IMG/VR virus record: IMGVR_UViG_3300025838_000022
Coordinates: 58,798-122,797 of that record
DNA length: 64,000 nucleotides
Strand: one strand, 5' to 3'
From: a virus
Lineage: Duplodnaviria > Caudoviricetes
Part shown: positions 18,919 through 29,300 of the stretch, piece after piece
How positions within the stretch are numbered: position 1 is the first letter of the stretch
Layout: each line of letters starts with the position of its first letter
The notes under the pieces: generated by a model
Told to the model about the DNA's origin: nothing
Database searches by the model: none
Seen by the model: only the letters and a program-made list of their open reading frames with translations
Translations under genes and position numbers: made by a program

Positions 18919-19985
18919 CAAACTGGGTAATCAACCCTGAGGTTGACATGGTAACCATCCTGGCAGAGTACGGTAGGTTCTTGGAGAACGATTACCGTAT
19001 GATGATAGAGCACCTGGAAGTGCCAAAAGTTTTCCAAGAGTACCCAGAGTCAACAGAGCGTAAGTTTGTAATCGTTGGTGGCAAAGAGACACCGTGGATG
19101 TTATCCAAGAGTGTATTCTTATGCCTAAAGCTAGCTGGTGCTGAAAGCGTTGTTGTAACTACGCCTTTTATCGACGAAAGCTTTATGGTACAGAACGTAC
19201 TAGACAACCACTCCAATGGCATTAGAACCAAGTTATTTACTGCTAACAGTGAAGAATTGATTACAAATATGGAGTGGCGTGATGAAATTGAAAACGCTAC
19301 TGACATCGTTGTATTCGGTGACAAGAAGACCATGGAATTCTTCCGTGAATATGAAACCGTTGATAGGCATGTATGGGAACATGGAGAAAACTTTAGCTTC
19401 GGTATCGTAAGGGAAGAGCACTTAACTCCAACGGTTATCAACCAAATATGTTTTGATTTCTTCTCGTTCTACGGACAAGGTAGTCTTGCACCAAAGTTTT
19501 ACTTCGTGCTGGGTCGACTTAAGAAAAGTATTATCAAACAGTTCAGTGCAAACATGCAAAGCCTTTACGCTCCACTTGTCAATGAGTACCGTGAGAAGCT
19601 AGAGCTCACAAGGAAAAGCGACCTCGTCAGCAACATGCTCAACGCCAACTATGCTGCCAAGTATGTCAAGGTTGGTGATTTGCACTCGGACGTTTTGCGT
19701 GATAACCTCTACGGTGAAGTCTGCCTAATCCCCGTAAATGACCTGGACCAAATCCAAGACTTTATAGATAAATGGCACGACAACATTAGCACAGTAGCTA
19801 TTAACAACAGCGACGATCCCGATGTCTTGGATTTCCTGGAGGATAATCTTATCCTTAGGATCTGTGATGTTGGTGATATGCAGTTCCCAGATTTCTTTGA
19901 GCAATATCATTCAGTAGACGATTACATTGTTTACGTGAAGATGAGCGAAGAAGAAGAATATGAAGACGATCCATTTTATTGGTAG
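18915..19985 (+). CDS. Acyl-CoA reductase (LuxC)/ALDH-fold-like protein, catalytic Cys apparently replaced
   Basis: 'DIVVFGD..T', 'HGENFSFGIV', 'DFFSFYGQGSLAPKFYFV', 'ISTVAI', 'RIC.VG.MQ.P' parallel LuxC motifs. Confidence 0.5.
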   Translation: MTNWVINPEVDMVTILAEYGRFLENDYRMMIEHLEVPKVFQEYPESTERKFVIVGGKETPWMLSKSVFLCLKLAGAESVVVTTPFIDESFMVQNVLDNHSNGIRTKLFTANSEELITNMEWRDEIENATDIVVFGDKKTMEFFREYETVDRHVWEHGENFSFGIVREEHLTPTVINQICFDFFSFYGQGSLAPKFYFVLGRLKKSIIKQFSANMQSLYAPLVNEYREKLELTRKSDLVSNMLNANYAAKYVKVGDLHSDVLRDNLYGEVCLIPVNDLDQIQDFIDKWHDNISTVAINNSDDPDVLDFLEDNLILRICDVGDMQFPDFFEQYHSVDDYIVYVKMSEEEEYEDDPFYW

Positions 19986-19999
19986 TAAGAAAAGGAAAA

Positions 20000-20266
20000 A
20001 TGAATAATAAAATTAGACAAAAAATAACAAAGCATGCTGACTCTTTAACGTTCAGAGTCGTTTTAACAATCGGCGTGTTCGTAGGTCTTATCGTATCAAT
20101 CCCATTTGTTGTCGTCGGTTACCCATTTGTGTTATCATGGAACATCGCGACAACGCTGCTGGATTACAAAAGCGATGAAGAAACAGTCAAGACGACCTTT
20201 GACTTCTTTAATAAGTGGGGCCGTTTCGATGAAAATTTTAACAGTTGGAAGAAGGAAGCAAATTAA
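20000..20266 (+). CDS. Membrane protein
   Basis: Long hydrophobic segment; ATG at 20000 after an AGGA RBS. Confidence 0.55.
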   Translation: MNNKIRQKITKHADSLTFRVVLTIGVFVGLIVSIPFVVVGYPFVLSWNIATTLLDYKSDEETVKTTFDFFNKWGRFDENFNSWKKEAN

Positions 20267-20646
20267 TGAGTGATACACTTTTGTCACAGTCGGGTGATTC
20301 AATGTTCGAGAGAAACATTGCTATCATTGCGAGTAGAAAGCACGAAGTGCAAGTGTTCAGTGATGGGTTCGTCTACGAGGGTTTCCTCTGTGGCATGGAC
20401 ACTAACTGGGTACAGATCTATGGCCACGAAGAGAACGACAAAAACAACATTGACACACAATGGAGATTCTTGTTGCTAGCCAAGACCAACGTGTCAGCTA
20501 TCGGCCCAACTGGCCGTACCTTGCACGACATCGACGAGGTTACTCGTGAATGGATTAGTAAGAAGATCCAGGTTTTCTCAGACGTTTGTGAAAAGTTCTT
20601 GTCAACGAGAGGAATCAAGAATGACAGTAGAAGAGAAAAGCTTTGA
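20266..20646 (+). CDS. Putative Sm/LSm (Hfq-like) fold protein
   Basis: Helix, then 'EVQVFSDG-VYEGFLCGMD-WVQIY...LLLAKTNVSAIGP', matching the Sm1/Sm2 pattern of Hfq. Confidence 0.5.
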   Translation: MSDTLLSQSGDSMFERNIAIIASRKHEVQVFSDGFVYEGFLCGMDTNWVQIYGHEENDKNNIDTQWRFLLLAKTNVSAIGPTGRTLHDIDEVTREWISKKIQVFSDVCEKFLSTRGIKNDSRREKL

Positions 20647-21088
20647 TGGACCTCTAGAGAACTACGACGACGACGATTACGATGTCGTTGTTGAAGTGCA
20701 AGAGATAACCAGCAAAGAAGAGTTAGTAAAAGAGCTAGACTTAACCAGAGCAGATGCCAGGCAACTTCTGTTGTACTTCTGCAGCCGTTTCAAAGAAACA
20801 CATGGCTACGATTACAACGTAGACTGGGTTAAGGAGACATCAATCCTTAAGTCATTCAGGGAACGTTATGGCATTGATGCTGGTCCAATGATCAGACACT
20901 TGTTCGATAAGCACAAGGGCAAGATCAACGATCAGGTTATGACTCTCACAGCCTTTAGCAAAGGTAGCAAGTGGATTCAAGATACCTTGTATATTGAACT
21001 GCAGCAAGATAAGATCAAAGAAGAAAAACGACCAAGTTCAGAAGGGTTAATGAGTACAGATGACTTCCTTAAGCGATTCGCTGTTTGA
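20621..21088 (+). CDS. Hypothetical protein, possible replication initiator/loader partner
   Basis: Immediately upstream of and overlapping the DnaC-like gene. Confidence 0.5.
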   Translation: MTVEEKSFDGPLENYDDDDYDVVVEVQEITSKEELVKELDLTRADARQLLLYFCSRFKETHGYDYNVDWVKETSILKSFRERYGIDAGPMIRHLFDKHKGKINDQVMTLTAFSKGSKWIQDTLYIELQQDKIKEEKRPSSEGLMSTDDFLKRFAV

Positions 21089-21860
21089 TTGGCAAAAAGA
21101 TTACGTTGATCTCAAGTATGAGTTCTTAGACGATGACGAAATCGAATACCTAGAGCAGAAGTACCCACAGTTTGAATCGTTCAACAAGCGTGGTTGCCCA
21201 ACGTGTGATGACCACACATGCGGTGACTGCAAGATTCAGCTGCAGTTGTACAAGCACTACCTGCGTGCAGGCATTGGTCTAAACTACCAGAAGCTTGATT
21301 GGACAGACTTCAATGGTGACGAGAAGGCATCTGACCTTGCTCGCATTTATCTGGGCCAGCACAAAGATTTTGTCAAGGGTGGTATGGGCTTGCTCTACCA
21401 CGGTACATGGGGCACAGGTAAGACGCTGCTCACTAGTCTTGTTGCCAAAGAGTTAGTCAAGCTGGGATACAAGGTGTACTTTGCTACATTTACCCAGATG
21501 GTTGACGAGTTCACCCGTGGTTGGGGAAGCAACGAAGACAAGGCACGCTTCGAGAGCAAGGTCGTTAAGAGCGACGTGTTCTTCCTGGACGACATTGGTA
21601 AGGAGTTCCGCACCAAGAACAACCTCAGTGAAGCAACCTTTGACCACGTGCTGCGTCAGCGTGCGTTGGACAACCGCCCAACCTTCATCACCACGAACAT
21701 GACGATCGAGGAGTTGAACGAGGGCTACGGTAGTGCTATATTCTCTTTGCTCAAGGAACGTATGATTGTGCATGAGATGACCGGCATTGACTACCGTGAG
21801 TATGCACGGAACCGCACTCTTGATGAGATCAAGAACGGTACCACCCGCAAAATTATCTAA
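21060..21860 (+). CDS. dnaC: DnaC/IstB-like helicase loader ATPase
   Basis: Zn motif CxxC..CxxC, Walker A GTWGTGKT, Walker B FFLDDIG, 'PTFITTN'. Confidence 0.88.
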   Translation: MTSLSDSLFDWQKDYVDLKYEFLDDDEIEYLEQKYPQFESFNKRGCPTCDDHTCGDCKIQLQLYKHYLRAGIGLNYQKLDWTDFNGDEKASDLARIYLGQHKDFVKGGMGLLYHGTWGTGKTLLTSLVAKELVKLGYKVYFATFTQMVDEFTRGWGSNEDKARFESKVVKSDVFFLDDIGKEFRTKNNLSEATFDHVLRQRALDNRPTFITTNMTIEELNEGYGSAIFSLLKERMIVHEMTGIDYREYARNRTLDEIKNGTTRKII

Positions 21861-21874
21861 TAGAAAGTAAGAAA

Positions 21875-23155
21875 ATGGACATTGAAAAGTCATTGGTAGC
21901 ACACTTCAGCGACCTCGAAAGCTTTAACGAAATTTGGAATAAGGGTATCCGTAGCGAGCACTTCTTCGACCCAGGCGTCCGAGAGCTGTTTGAATACAGC
22001 CTGGACTACTACGTGCGCAGTGAGTTCAAACAAACGGTTACGCAGGACTTTCTTGAGTCAAAGTTTGATGATTATTTTGCTCGTAACAACTGGCCAGACG
22101 AAAAGTATTTGGTCGGTGTGCTCATTGAAGAGATGGTCACAAAGTATCGGAAGTCCACCACACAGAGTATTCTGCTCAAGGCAGCTAATGCTCTTGAAGA
22201 AGATCCAGAGGCTGGTATCTCACTAGCTTTGAGCAGCTTGTCAAAGATTCAGAGCGACACTAGCACTCGTGAGCGCATTGAAATCTATGGTGAAGGCTAC
22301 GAGCGTCGTGTCAACGATTACATCGATGAAGTGGCTAACCCCATGCGAGACAAGAAGGGAATCTACCTGGGATGGGACCAGCTAAACGATCACATGTACG
22401 GCATCCAGAAGGGTGAGCTTGCTGTGGTAGTTGGTATCCCCAACGTAGGTAAGTCATGGATTGGTTCGGTGATTGCGCTGGAAGCAGCACGACGCAAGAA
22501 CAAAGTGTACTTTGCATCGCTTGAACTTCGTAAAGAGCTGACCCTGATGCGCCTTGACTGCCTTGCCAGCGGTGTGCCTTACAGCCGTTACGAACGTGGA
22601 CAACTGACCCCCAATGAGCTGAAGCGTCTCAAGGAAGCACGTGAAGAGATCATGGAGTTCGGTGAGTACTTGCTTATTGACTCGCCTAGCAAGAAGTCTG
22701 AGCGTACTGTGCTCGAGCTGTACTCCAAGGCTAAGCACTGGGGTGCTGACCTCATGGTGGGTGACCAGTTGTCATGGATTACCAGCGAGAAGAACTTTGG
22801 TTCATCGAGCAACTACCAGTCTCTTCAGATGGCTGAAGTCATCAACGACGTTGCCTCTGTCAACCGTGAGATGGGCATGGCATCCGTGTGGCTGGCACAG
22901 TTCAACCGTGAAGCTACCAAGAGCAAGAAGGGCCGTGGTGGCCTGGGGAACATTGGTCTGTCATCACAGATTGAACAAGTGGTCGACATCGCCCTTGGTA
23001 TCGGTTGCACGGCTGAGATGAAGCGCCAGGAGGCACTGGTTATGGACATCATGAAGTCACGTCGTAGCGACCTCAAGTCATGGATGATGGGGTTCGAGTT
23101 GCGCGACCGTACCAGCTTGAGTATAGTTAGAGAATACGAAGAAGCAGGAGAGTAA
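21875..23155 (+). CDS. dnaB: DnaB-like replicative helicase
   Basis: GIPNVGKS, 'FASLE', 'VGDQL', 'LAQFNR', 'IEQVVD', 'KSR'. Confidence 0.9.
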   Translation: MDIEKSLVAHFSDLESFNEIWNKGIRSEHFFDPGVRELFEYSLDYYVRSEFKQTVTQDFLESKFDDYFARNNWPDEKYLVGVLIEEMVTKYRKSTTQSILLKAANALEEDPEAGISLALSSLSKIQSDTSTRERIEIYGEGYERRVNDYIDEVANPMRDKKGIYLGWDQLNDHMYGIQKGELAVVVGIPNVGKSWIGSVIALEAARRKNKVYFASLELRKELTLMRLDCLASGVPYSRYERGQLTPNELKRLKEAREEIMEFGEYLLIDSPSKKSERTVLELYSKAKHWGADLMVGDQLSWITSEKNFGSSSNYQSLQMAEVINDVASVNREMGMASVWLAQFNREATKSKKGRGGLGNIGLSSQIEQVVDIALGIGCTAEMKRQEALVMDIMKSRRSDLKSWMMGFELRDRTSLSIVREYEEAGE

Positions 23156-23157
23156 GA

Positions 23158-23583
23158 ATGCAAACATTTGTTCCATACGCAAATTTCAGTCAGACAGCAA
23201 AGGTGCTAGATATGAAGCGTTTGGGGAAGCAAAGGGTAGAAACGCTGCAGATCATGAAGGCACTGCTAGACCCATCGTACGGTTGGCAGAACCACCCAGC
23301 TGTAAAAATGTGGCGTGGTCACGAGATGTATTTGTTCATCTACCAGGAAGCAATCTGTAACGAGTGGACATCACGTGGTTACAAGGACACTTGCCTTGAG
23401 AAGACCCGTGCGCTGATTGAACAGCAGAACGTTGGCATTGGCAAGCCATCGTGGTTGGGTAGAGAAGATATTCACGAAAGTCACCGTAGCAACTTGACTC
23501 GTAAGTTCCCTGAATGGTACAGTCAATTTTGGGACGAGTCAGAAGACCTCCCTTACGTATGGCCCGAGGAGGTCTTGGTATGA
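23158..23583 (+). CDS. MSMEG_6728-family (pyrimidine-dimer glycosylase-like) protein
   Basis: 'MQTFVPY...LD.KRLGKQRVETLQI...GW.NHPAV.MWRG...H.SH.SNL.RK...Y.WP'. Confidence 0.88.
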   Translation: MQTFVPYANFSQTAKVLDMKRLGKQRVETLQIMKALLDPSYGWQNHPAVKMWRGHEMYLFIYQEAICNEWTSRGYKDTCLEKTRALIEQQNVGIGKPSWLGREDIHESHRSNLTRKFPEWYSQFWDESEDLPYVWPEEVLV

Positions 23584-23969
23584 TTGTTTGTTCAGACTGC
23601 ATGCAGCCAGTAGGTTTGCACAAAGACAATAGAAGTTACTACCACTTGCCACCAATGAAAGATCACTGCGATGTAAACTTTGTCTTTGGTCTCGACCTCG
23701 GTAAAACGCCTAAAACTACTATCAAGATCCTAAGGGAAATTGCAGAAGAAAATAGACAGTTGATTGATCGAATTGATCGTGCCATGGTTCACCTTGAGAA
23801 AAAAGACATTAGCAGTGCAATGGTTACGCTTGAGGGTAAAGATTCACAGCACTGCATAGATTGCGGTGGAAGTTTCTATTTTGAAGATGAGAAACACTAT
23901 CCAACTCATTGCCCCAACGGTTGCTGTTGGCATGGTGTTGATGAAGTATACGAGGAGTGTGAACGATGA
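23580..23969 (+). CDS. Cys-rich hypothetical protein
   Basis: Several CxxC motifs; coupled start at 23580. Confidence 0.5.
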   Translation: MIVCSDCMQPVGLHKDNRSYYHLPPMKDHCDVNFVFGLDLGKTPKTTIKILREIAEENRQLIDRIDRAMVHLEKKDISSAMVTLEGKDSQHCIDCGGSFYFEDEKHYPTHCPNGCCWHGVDEVYEECER

Positions 23970-24039
23970 ATATACAGCTAGCCCATGTTTTGTTGGCATT
24001 TTCTGCTGGTTATTTTTTACGTGCTTTCATTTCAAGACG

Positions 24040-24192
24040 ATGACAAGAGAACAACTATATGAAAAGCACCAACCTATCTTCCAGAACCAAGGTAGGAAAG
24101 GTAACGTTAATTACTGTTTTGGCTGCAAGGGACCAAACAATACGTTGATCCAAACGTGGCCATGTGATGTTATAAGGGCTCTCGATGCGTAA
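24040..24192 (+). CDS. Small Zn-binding protein (paralog of 35442-35693)
   Basis: EKHQP...CxxC...WPCDVI..LDA. Confidence 0.55.
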   Translation: MTREQLYEKHQPIFQNQGRKGNVNYCFGCKGPNNTLIQTWPCDVIRALDA

Positions 24193-24327
24193 GAATGAAA
24201 AAGGTTTCTGGGAATGTAGACTACCCATTAACCCAATGAAACACCCAAGTAAGTTGTATGAACAGGCATTAAACGACCTAAGCCCAAGGGATCGTGAGTT
24301 CATGGAAAAAATTAAGGACGATTTGAA

Positions 24328-25347
24328 ATGGCTGAAGGACAGCTAAAAGAGATCTTCGCAGGCCTCGATGCACACGTAGTGCTCCAGGACATGCTTGGCG
24401 TGGGAGAAATCAACGAGAACGGCGATGAGCTGATCCACCGTTGTCCTCTACCATTTGGTAACCACCGTAACGGTGATGCCAACCCTTCATCAAGCCTGAA
24501 CAAAGAGACGCTGTTGTTCAACTGCTTTACCTGCGGTGGCGGTAGCGTCATTTGGCTTGTACAGCACTGCTTAAACATAACCCGTGAAGAAGCCATAGCC
24601 AAGCTCATGGGCGAGGTGCGTGGCACAAACATCATCCATGTAGAGGATTTCATCAAGCGTCTAGAAGGCATCTTTGAAGAAGACCACATTGAGCGCAATG
24701 ATATCCCTGTATACAGTGACACGCTCCTTCGTCGTTGGGAGAGAGTGTGTGGCTACCTCACAGACAGAGGTGTGTCAGAGGCGGTGCAGCGGGAGATGCG
24801 CACGGGCGTGGAGGAGAATCGGTCCGAATTTTCTAAATCCAGCACAGGCGAGCACATGGTGACCCTTGACAGGGTCGTACTCCCTCACTTCATGAATGGC
24901 AATCTCATTGGTTGGGTAGCTCGCAAGATACAAAACGTCGATGGGGTTCCCAAGTACCGTAATTCCAAAGGGTTCCCTCGTGGAGCATGGCTGTATAATT
25001 TGGACAACGCCAGGGCGTACGATGAGGTGTACGTTGTTGAGAGCCCCATGAGTGTGCTCGTGCTGAAGAGTAGGGGCATTGACAATGTGGTGGCCACGTT
25101 CGGCGCAAAAGTTGACAAGCAGCAGCTCAACCTGCTCCGCAATTTTTCGAGAGTTAATATCTTTATGGACGGTGACACTCCTGGTCGGATGGCTACGCAG
25201 CACCTTATAGAAAGTTTAGGAACTTATACAAAATTGTCTATAATTGAGACACCTGACGACGAAGATCCTGCTACACTTACTTCTATCCCCCAACCAATAA
25301 GTTCTTTTGAGTACCAGTTACAGCACTGCTTGACTCGCAGTAGTTAG
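24328..25347 (+). CDS. dnaG: DNA primase (Zn finger plus TOPRIM)
   Basis: CPLPFGNH..D..PS...FNCFTC; 'PKY.NS', 'VVES', 'VATFG', 'MDGD..G'. Confidence 0.92.
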   Translation: MAEGQLKEIFAGLDAHVVLQDMLGVGEINENGDELIHRCPLPFGNHRNGDANPSSSLNKETLLFNCFTCGGGSVIWLVQHCLNITREEAIAKLMGEVRGTNIIHVEDFIKRLEGIFEEDHIERNDIPVYSDTLLRRWERVCGYLTDRGVSEAVQREMRTGVEENRSEFSKSSTGEHMVTLDRVVLPHFMNGNLIGWVARKIQNVDGVPKYRNSKGFPRGAWLYNLDNARAYDEVYVVESPMSVLVLKSRGIDNVVATFGAKVDKQQLNLLRNFSRVNIFMDGDTPGRMATQHLIESLGTYTKLSIIETPDDEDPATLTSIPQPISSFEYQLQHCLTRSS

Positions 25348-25359
25348 AGCTGCTACACT
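25330..25359 (+). promoter_or_regulatory. SigA-type promoter with extended -10
   Basis: TTGACT-18 nt-TACACT, preceded by TGC, upstream of the SSB gene. Confidence 0.65.
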
Positions 25360-25422
25360 CATTAGAAGCAGTACCAAAACCAAAAATACAGCCCTAGGGC
25401 TTCTGAACAGAAAGACACTAAA

Positions 25423-26277
25423 ATGGCATTAGCTAAAGGCATGGCTGCCGTAAAAGCCAGCATTGAACGCTCCCAGCAGGGTAGCGGAGGTCCCAAGACG
25501 TACGACCAGACCAACTGGTTCTACTGGACCGCAGGAGAGGCCAAGGCCCTCCGATTCCTCACGGACAGCAACGACATCTTCGTTGTGCCAGTTCACGAGA
25601 ACGTCCCCACCCACGACGGTAAGAAGAAGACATTCGTCTGCCGTTCGGTGTTCGACGCTAAGTGTGAGCTCTGCGCTCGTGAGAAGGGTACCCCTGGTGC
25701 CTACCGTCGTGACGTGGGCTACGGCGTTGCCGTGCTCCGCGAAGAAGTCAAGGTTGAAGGTAAAACCACTGGCTACCGTGACGTTACGTCTGAGTACACC
25801 GAGGTTGTTGACGGTAAGACTGTCACCAAGAAGAAGCCATACGTGGGTATTGTTGCCCAGGGCATGCGCAACTTCTGGAACCAGATTGCCGTGATCTCCG
25901 AGAAGTACGGTTCACTCCGTGACCGTGAGATCGAGATCCTTCGACAGGGTGCCGGTACTGACACCACGTACATGGCGTTTGCTCTTCCCGAGATGGTCAT
26001 CACGGACAAGAATGGTAACCCCAACATCGATGAGCGTTACGCTAAGTTCATGCCAGATGTTGAGGCATTCCTTAACCGTATCGGTAGCCAGGAGTACTAC
26101 GATGCTCAGCTGCACGGTATCGTGAAGGAAAAGAGCGACAATAAGTCCTTCACCAACACCAGCTCGTCTGCTAGCTTTGAGTCAGATGACGACGAGTACG
26201 GTGAAGACGAGTACGTCTCGATTGATGAAGAGACCACTGCTGACCGCCTCAAGCGCAAGCTTGCAGCTCAGCAATAA
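25423..26277 (+). CDS. Single-stranded DNA-binding protein (gp32-like)
   Basis: 'LRFL', H..C...CxxC Zn site, 'R.GAGTDTTY', acidic C-terminal tail; lies between primase and polymerase. Confidence 0.75.
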   Translation: MALAKGMAAVKASIERSQQGSGGPKTYDQTNWFYWTAGEAKALRFLTDSNDIFVVPVHENVPTHDGKKKTFVCRSVFDAKCELCAREKGTPGAYRRDVGYGVAVLREEVKVEGKTTGYRDVTSEYTEVVDGKTVTKKKPYVGIVAQGMRNFWNQIAVISEKYGSLRDREIEILRQGAGTDTTYMAFALPEMVITDKNGNPNIDERYAKFMPDVEAFLNRIGSQEYYDAQLHGIVKEKSDNKSFTNTSSSASFESDDDEYGEDEYVSIDEETTADRLKRKLAAQQ

Positions 26278-26364
26278 GTTTGCTTAATACCCTCCTCAGG
26301 TAAGCAAATGACTGGTACACCCAGGGTGTTCTCGATGACACTCTGCACCCTGGGTGTGCTAGTC
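26278..26364 (+). other. Tandem intergenic hairpins (8-bp and 19-bp stems) between ssb and dnaE
   Basis: TTTGCTTA/TAAGCAAA and GACTGGTACACCCAGGGTG/CACCCTGGGTGTGCTAGTC, with G.U pairs on the + strand. Confidence 0.65.
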
Positions 26365-26384
26365 GACTATAGTAAGGACTCGTT

Positions 26385-29300
26385 ATGACAGACAATCTTG
26401 TTCACCTTCACGTTCACACCGAGCACTCATTTTTGGACGGTCTCTCTACCGTCGATCAATTGGTCAACCGAGTGGTGGACCTTGGCCAAAGTGCAGTGGC
26501 CATTACCGACCACGGCGAATGCTCTGGTCACCTGCGCCTACAACACGCTGCCGATAAGTCTGGCATTAAACCCCTGTTCGGTATGGAGGGATACTTCACC
26601 GAGAACCGTTTCGACAAGAGCGGTAAGAAGGGTGAGAACTACGACCACATGACCATTGTGGCCATGAATAACCAAGGCTTGGAAAACCTCTGGGCGTTGT
26701 CAAGCTTGGCGTACATTGAAGGTAGCTACTACGGCAATGCTCGCTTTGACTGGGAGCTCCTTGAGAAGTACAACGAAGGGCTTATCGTTACCGGTGGCTG
26801 TATGGGTGGATGCATTGGCAAACACCTTAAGGATGATGGCAACTACTCCAAGGCTGTAGAGCGCATTGGTCGTTATCAGGCCATCTTTGGTGACCGCTTC
26901 CACCTTGAACTGCACACCTACCTCGACCCTGAGAGCAACGAATGGAACATGCGAGTGGCAGAGGCTGCCCTCGACTTCAGCGTGCCCATGATTACTGTGA
27001 GCGATGCACACTACGCAGCACCCGACCAGTGGTATGCGCACGAGCTGATGACTGCTGTGCAAATGGGTAAAACCATGAACGACCCCACACGGTTTAGTTA
27101 TGGCCCTAACCAGTTGTGCTTGTTCTCAGAAGAAGAGACACGTAGCCGTTTGAGCTACTTGCCAGAAAGCATCGTTGATCAGGCAATTAAGCGTACGTCA
27201 GAGATTGCTGACATGTGCGATGCTCGAGTTCCTGGCGCACGCAAGATGCCAGTGTTTTACAACACCGCCAAGATGGACGAGCGCAAGCTACGTGAGACTG
27301 CCGAGGAAGGTTTTAATCGAAAGATCGTTGGCCAAGTGGCCGATGATATTCTACAAAAATACCGTGACCGTCTTGACTACGAGCTAGATGTTGTTATCAC
27401 CCGTGGATTCCCGGGGTACTTCTTAACCGTACAAGACATTATTAATTGGAGTAAAAATGAAAACTTTTTGGTTGGTCCTAGCCGCGGTTCAGTCGGCGGA
27501 AGCCTTCTTGCTTACGTTATGGACATCACTGAAGTCGATCCGATCCCCTCTGGCCTTATTTTTGAGCGGTTTCTTAATCCTGAGCGCGTCTCTATGCCTG
27601 ATATTGACATTGATATGCCCAAGCTAGAGCGGGGCATGGTACGTGATTATCTTGAACGAAAGTATGGACGCTACAACATTGCCTCGATTGGCACGCTTAA
27701 CACACTAGGACCAAAGCAATCAATCAAAGATGCTTGTCGTGGCCTGGGCATTAACAAGGATGACACGCAAAAGATGTGTGACATCATTGACGACGACTGG
27801 AACATCAAGAACCGTGGTGCAACATGGGATGATGTCATGGATAAGTATGGTCCTGACTACTCACCATGGATTGCACGTTATCCAAAGCTGTTTGAGAACC
27901 TGCCAGAGTTTGTTAACCACATTCGCCACGCTAGTGCTCACGCTGCAGGTATCGTTGTCAGCAAAGACTCGCTTATTGGTGCCATGCCACTGCGTTACAA
28001 CCCAAGCAACGATGATATCCGTACGCAATTCGACATGGGTGACGTTGATGAGCTTGGTTTTGTAAAGATTGACTTGCTTGGTCTTCGTACGCTGAGTACG
28101 CTCATGGCCGCATTAGACCTAATCAAGGAGAACAACGGTGGCACCTTACCTTTCCGTCATTTCTATGAATGGAATTACGAATGGTCAAAGTATTACGACG
28201 ACCCAGCTGTCTGGGACTCAATCGGCACCGGTCACAATATTGGGCTATTTCAAATCGAGACAGGTTCCCTTAGAAGTTTGGTTAAGCGGTTCCAACCACG
28301 AAGCATAGAAGACCTGTGCACCATGATTGCCATCTACCGCCCTGGCATCACCAGAGCTGTGGACTCCGAGACGGGGTTGAACCTGCTCGAGATGTACATG
28401 CAGAAGCGTGAGGGAAAGCGCCCCGTCAAATTTAAACACAGTAAGCTAAGTGCAATACTTGGTGTATCGTACGGAAGCTTTGTTTACCAGGAACAGATCA
28501 TGGAAACGTGCGTAGCACTAGCTGGTTACACCATTGTGGAGACTGACCGTGTGCGCAAAGCTGTGGCAAAGTCTAATTATGAAGACATGGTGGAAGAGGC
28601 CGAGATCTTCGTAAAGAAGTGCGTGGAGAACGGTGTCGACGAGGACACAGCAAAGTCTATTTTTGATGACATGCGTGCATTCGGTATGTATGGGTTCAAC
28701 AAGAGCCATGGTTATGGCTACTCCATGCTTGCCTACTGGACTGCTTGGATGAAGCACTACTACCCACGTGAATACATGACTGCGTTGTTCCGCACCAACC
28801 CATCTGACAACGTGGTGTACACACGGGAAGCTCGACGTATGGGTATCCAGGTGCTTGGACCAGACATTAACGAAAGTGGTAGCAATTTTACCTTGACAAA
28901 GAACGGTAGTATCCGTTATGGTCTGAACAGTGTTAAGTATGTAGCTAACGCTGCAGCCGAGATACAAAAGCTTGGGCCGTTCAAGAGCATGGAAGACTTC
29001 ATCGCTCGTGTTCCTACCCGTCGAATTAACAAGCGTGTTATTATCTCTATGATTCGTGCTGGTGTATTTGACAGTATTTGTGGTGACCCCAGGACTGCGC
29101 TGTATGAATATTGTAAAGACCGTAAAGAGTTCAAAAAGAAAATAAATGAACAATGCCCTGAAGACTGCCCTTATTGTGCTGGACGCGATAACTTTTTTGA
29201 TTGTTATGCGACCAACGAAGAAAAGATTGACGATAGAGGAGCAAATGAACAAGAGCTCCTTGGCACTATGGTTAGTATCGATCCCCTGGCTGATTATATT

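Noticed and set aside
26278-26372. HDV-like (theta) ribozyme after ssb: G.U-started P1, ACC-CTCCTCA-GGT P3/L3, long P4 and a downstream CGA
   Set aside because: Only 3 nt lie between P1 and P3 and no complementary P2 strand follows P4, so the nested double pseudoknot cannot form. Treated as two hairpins.
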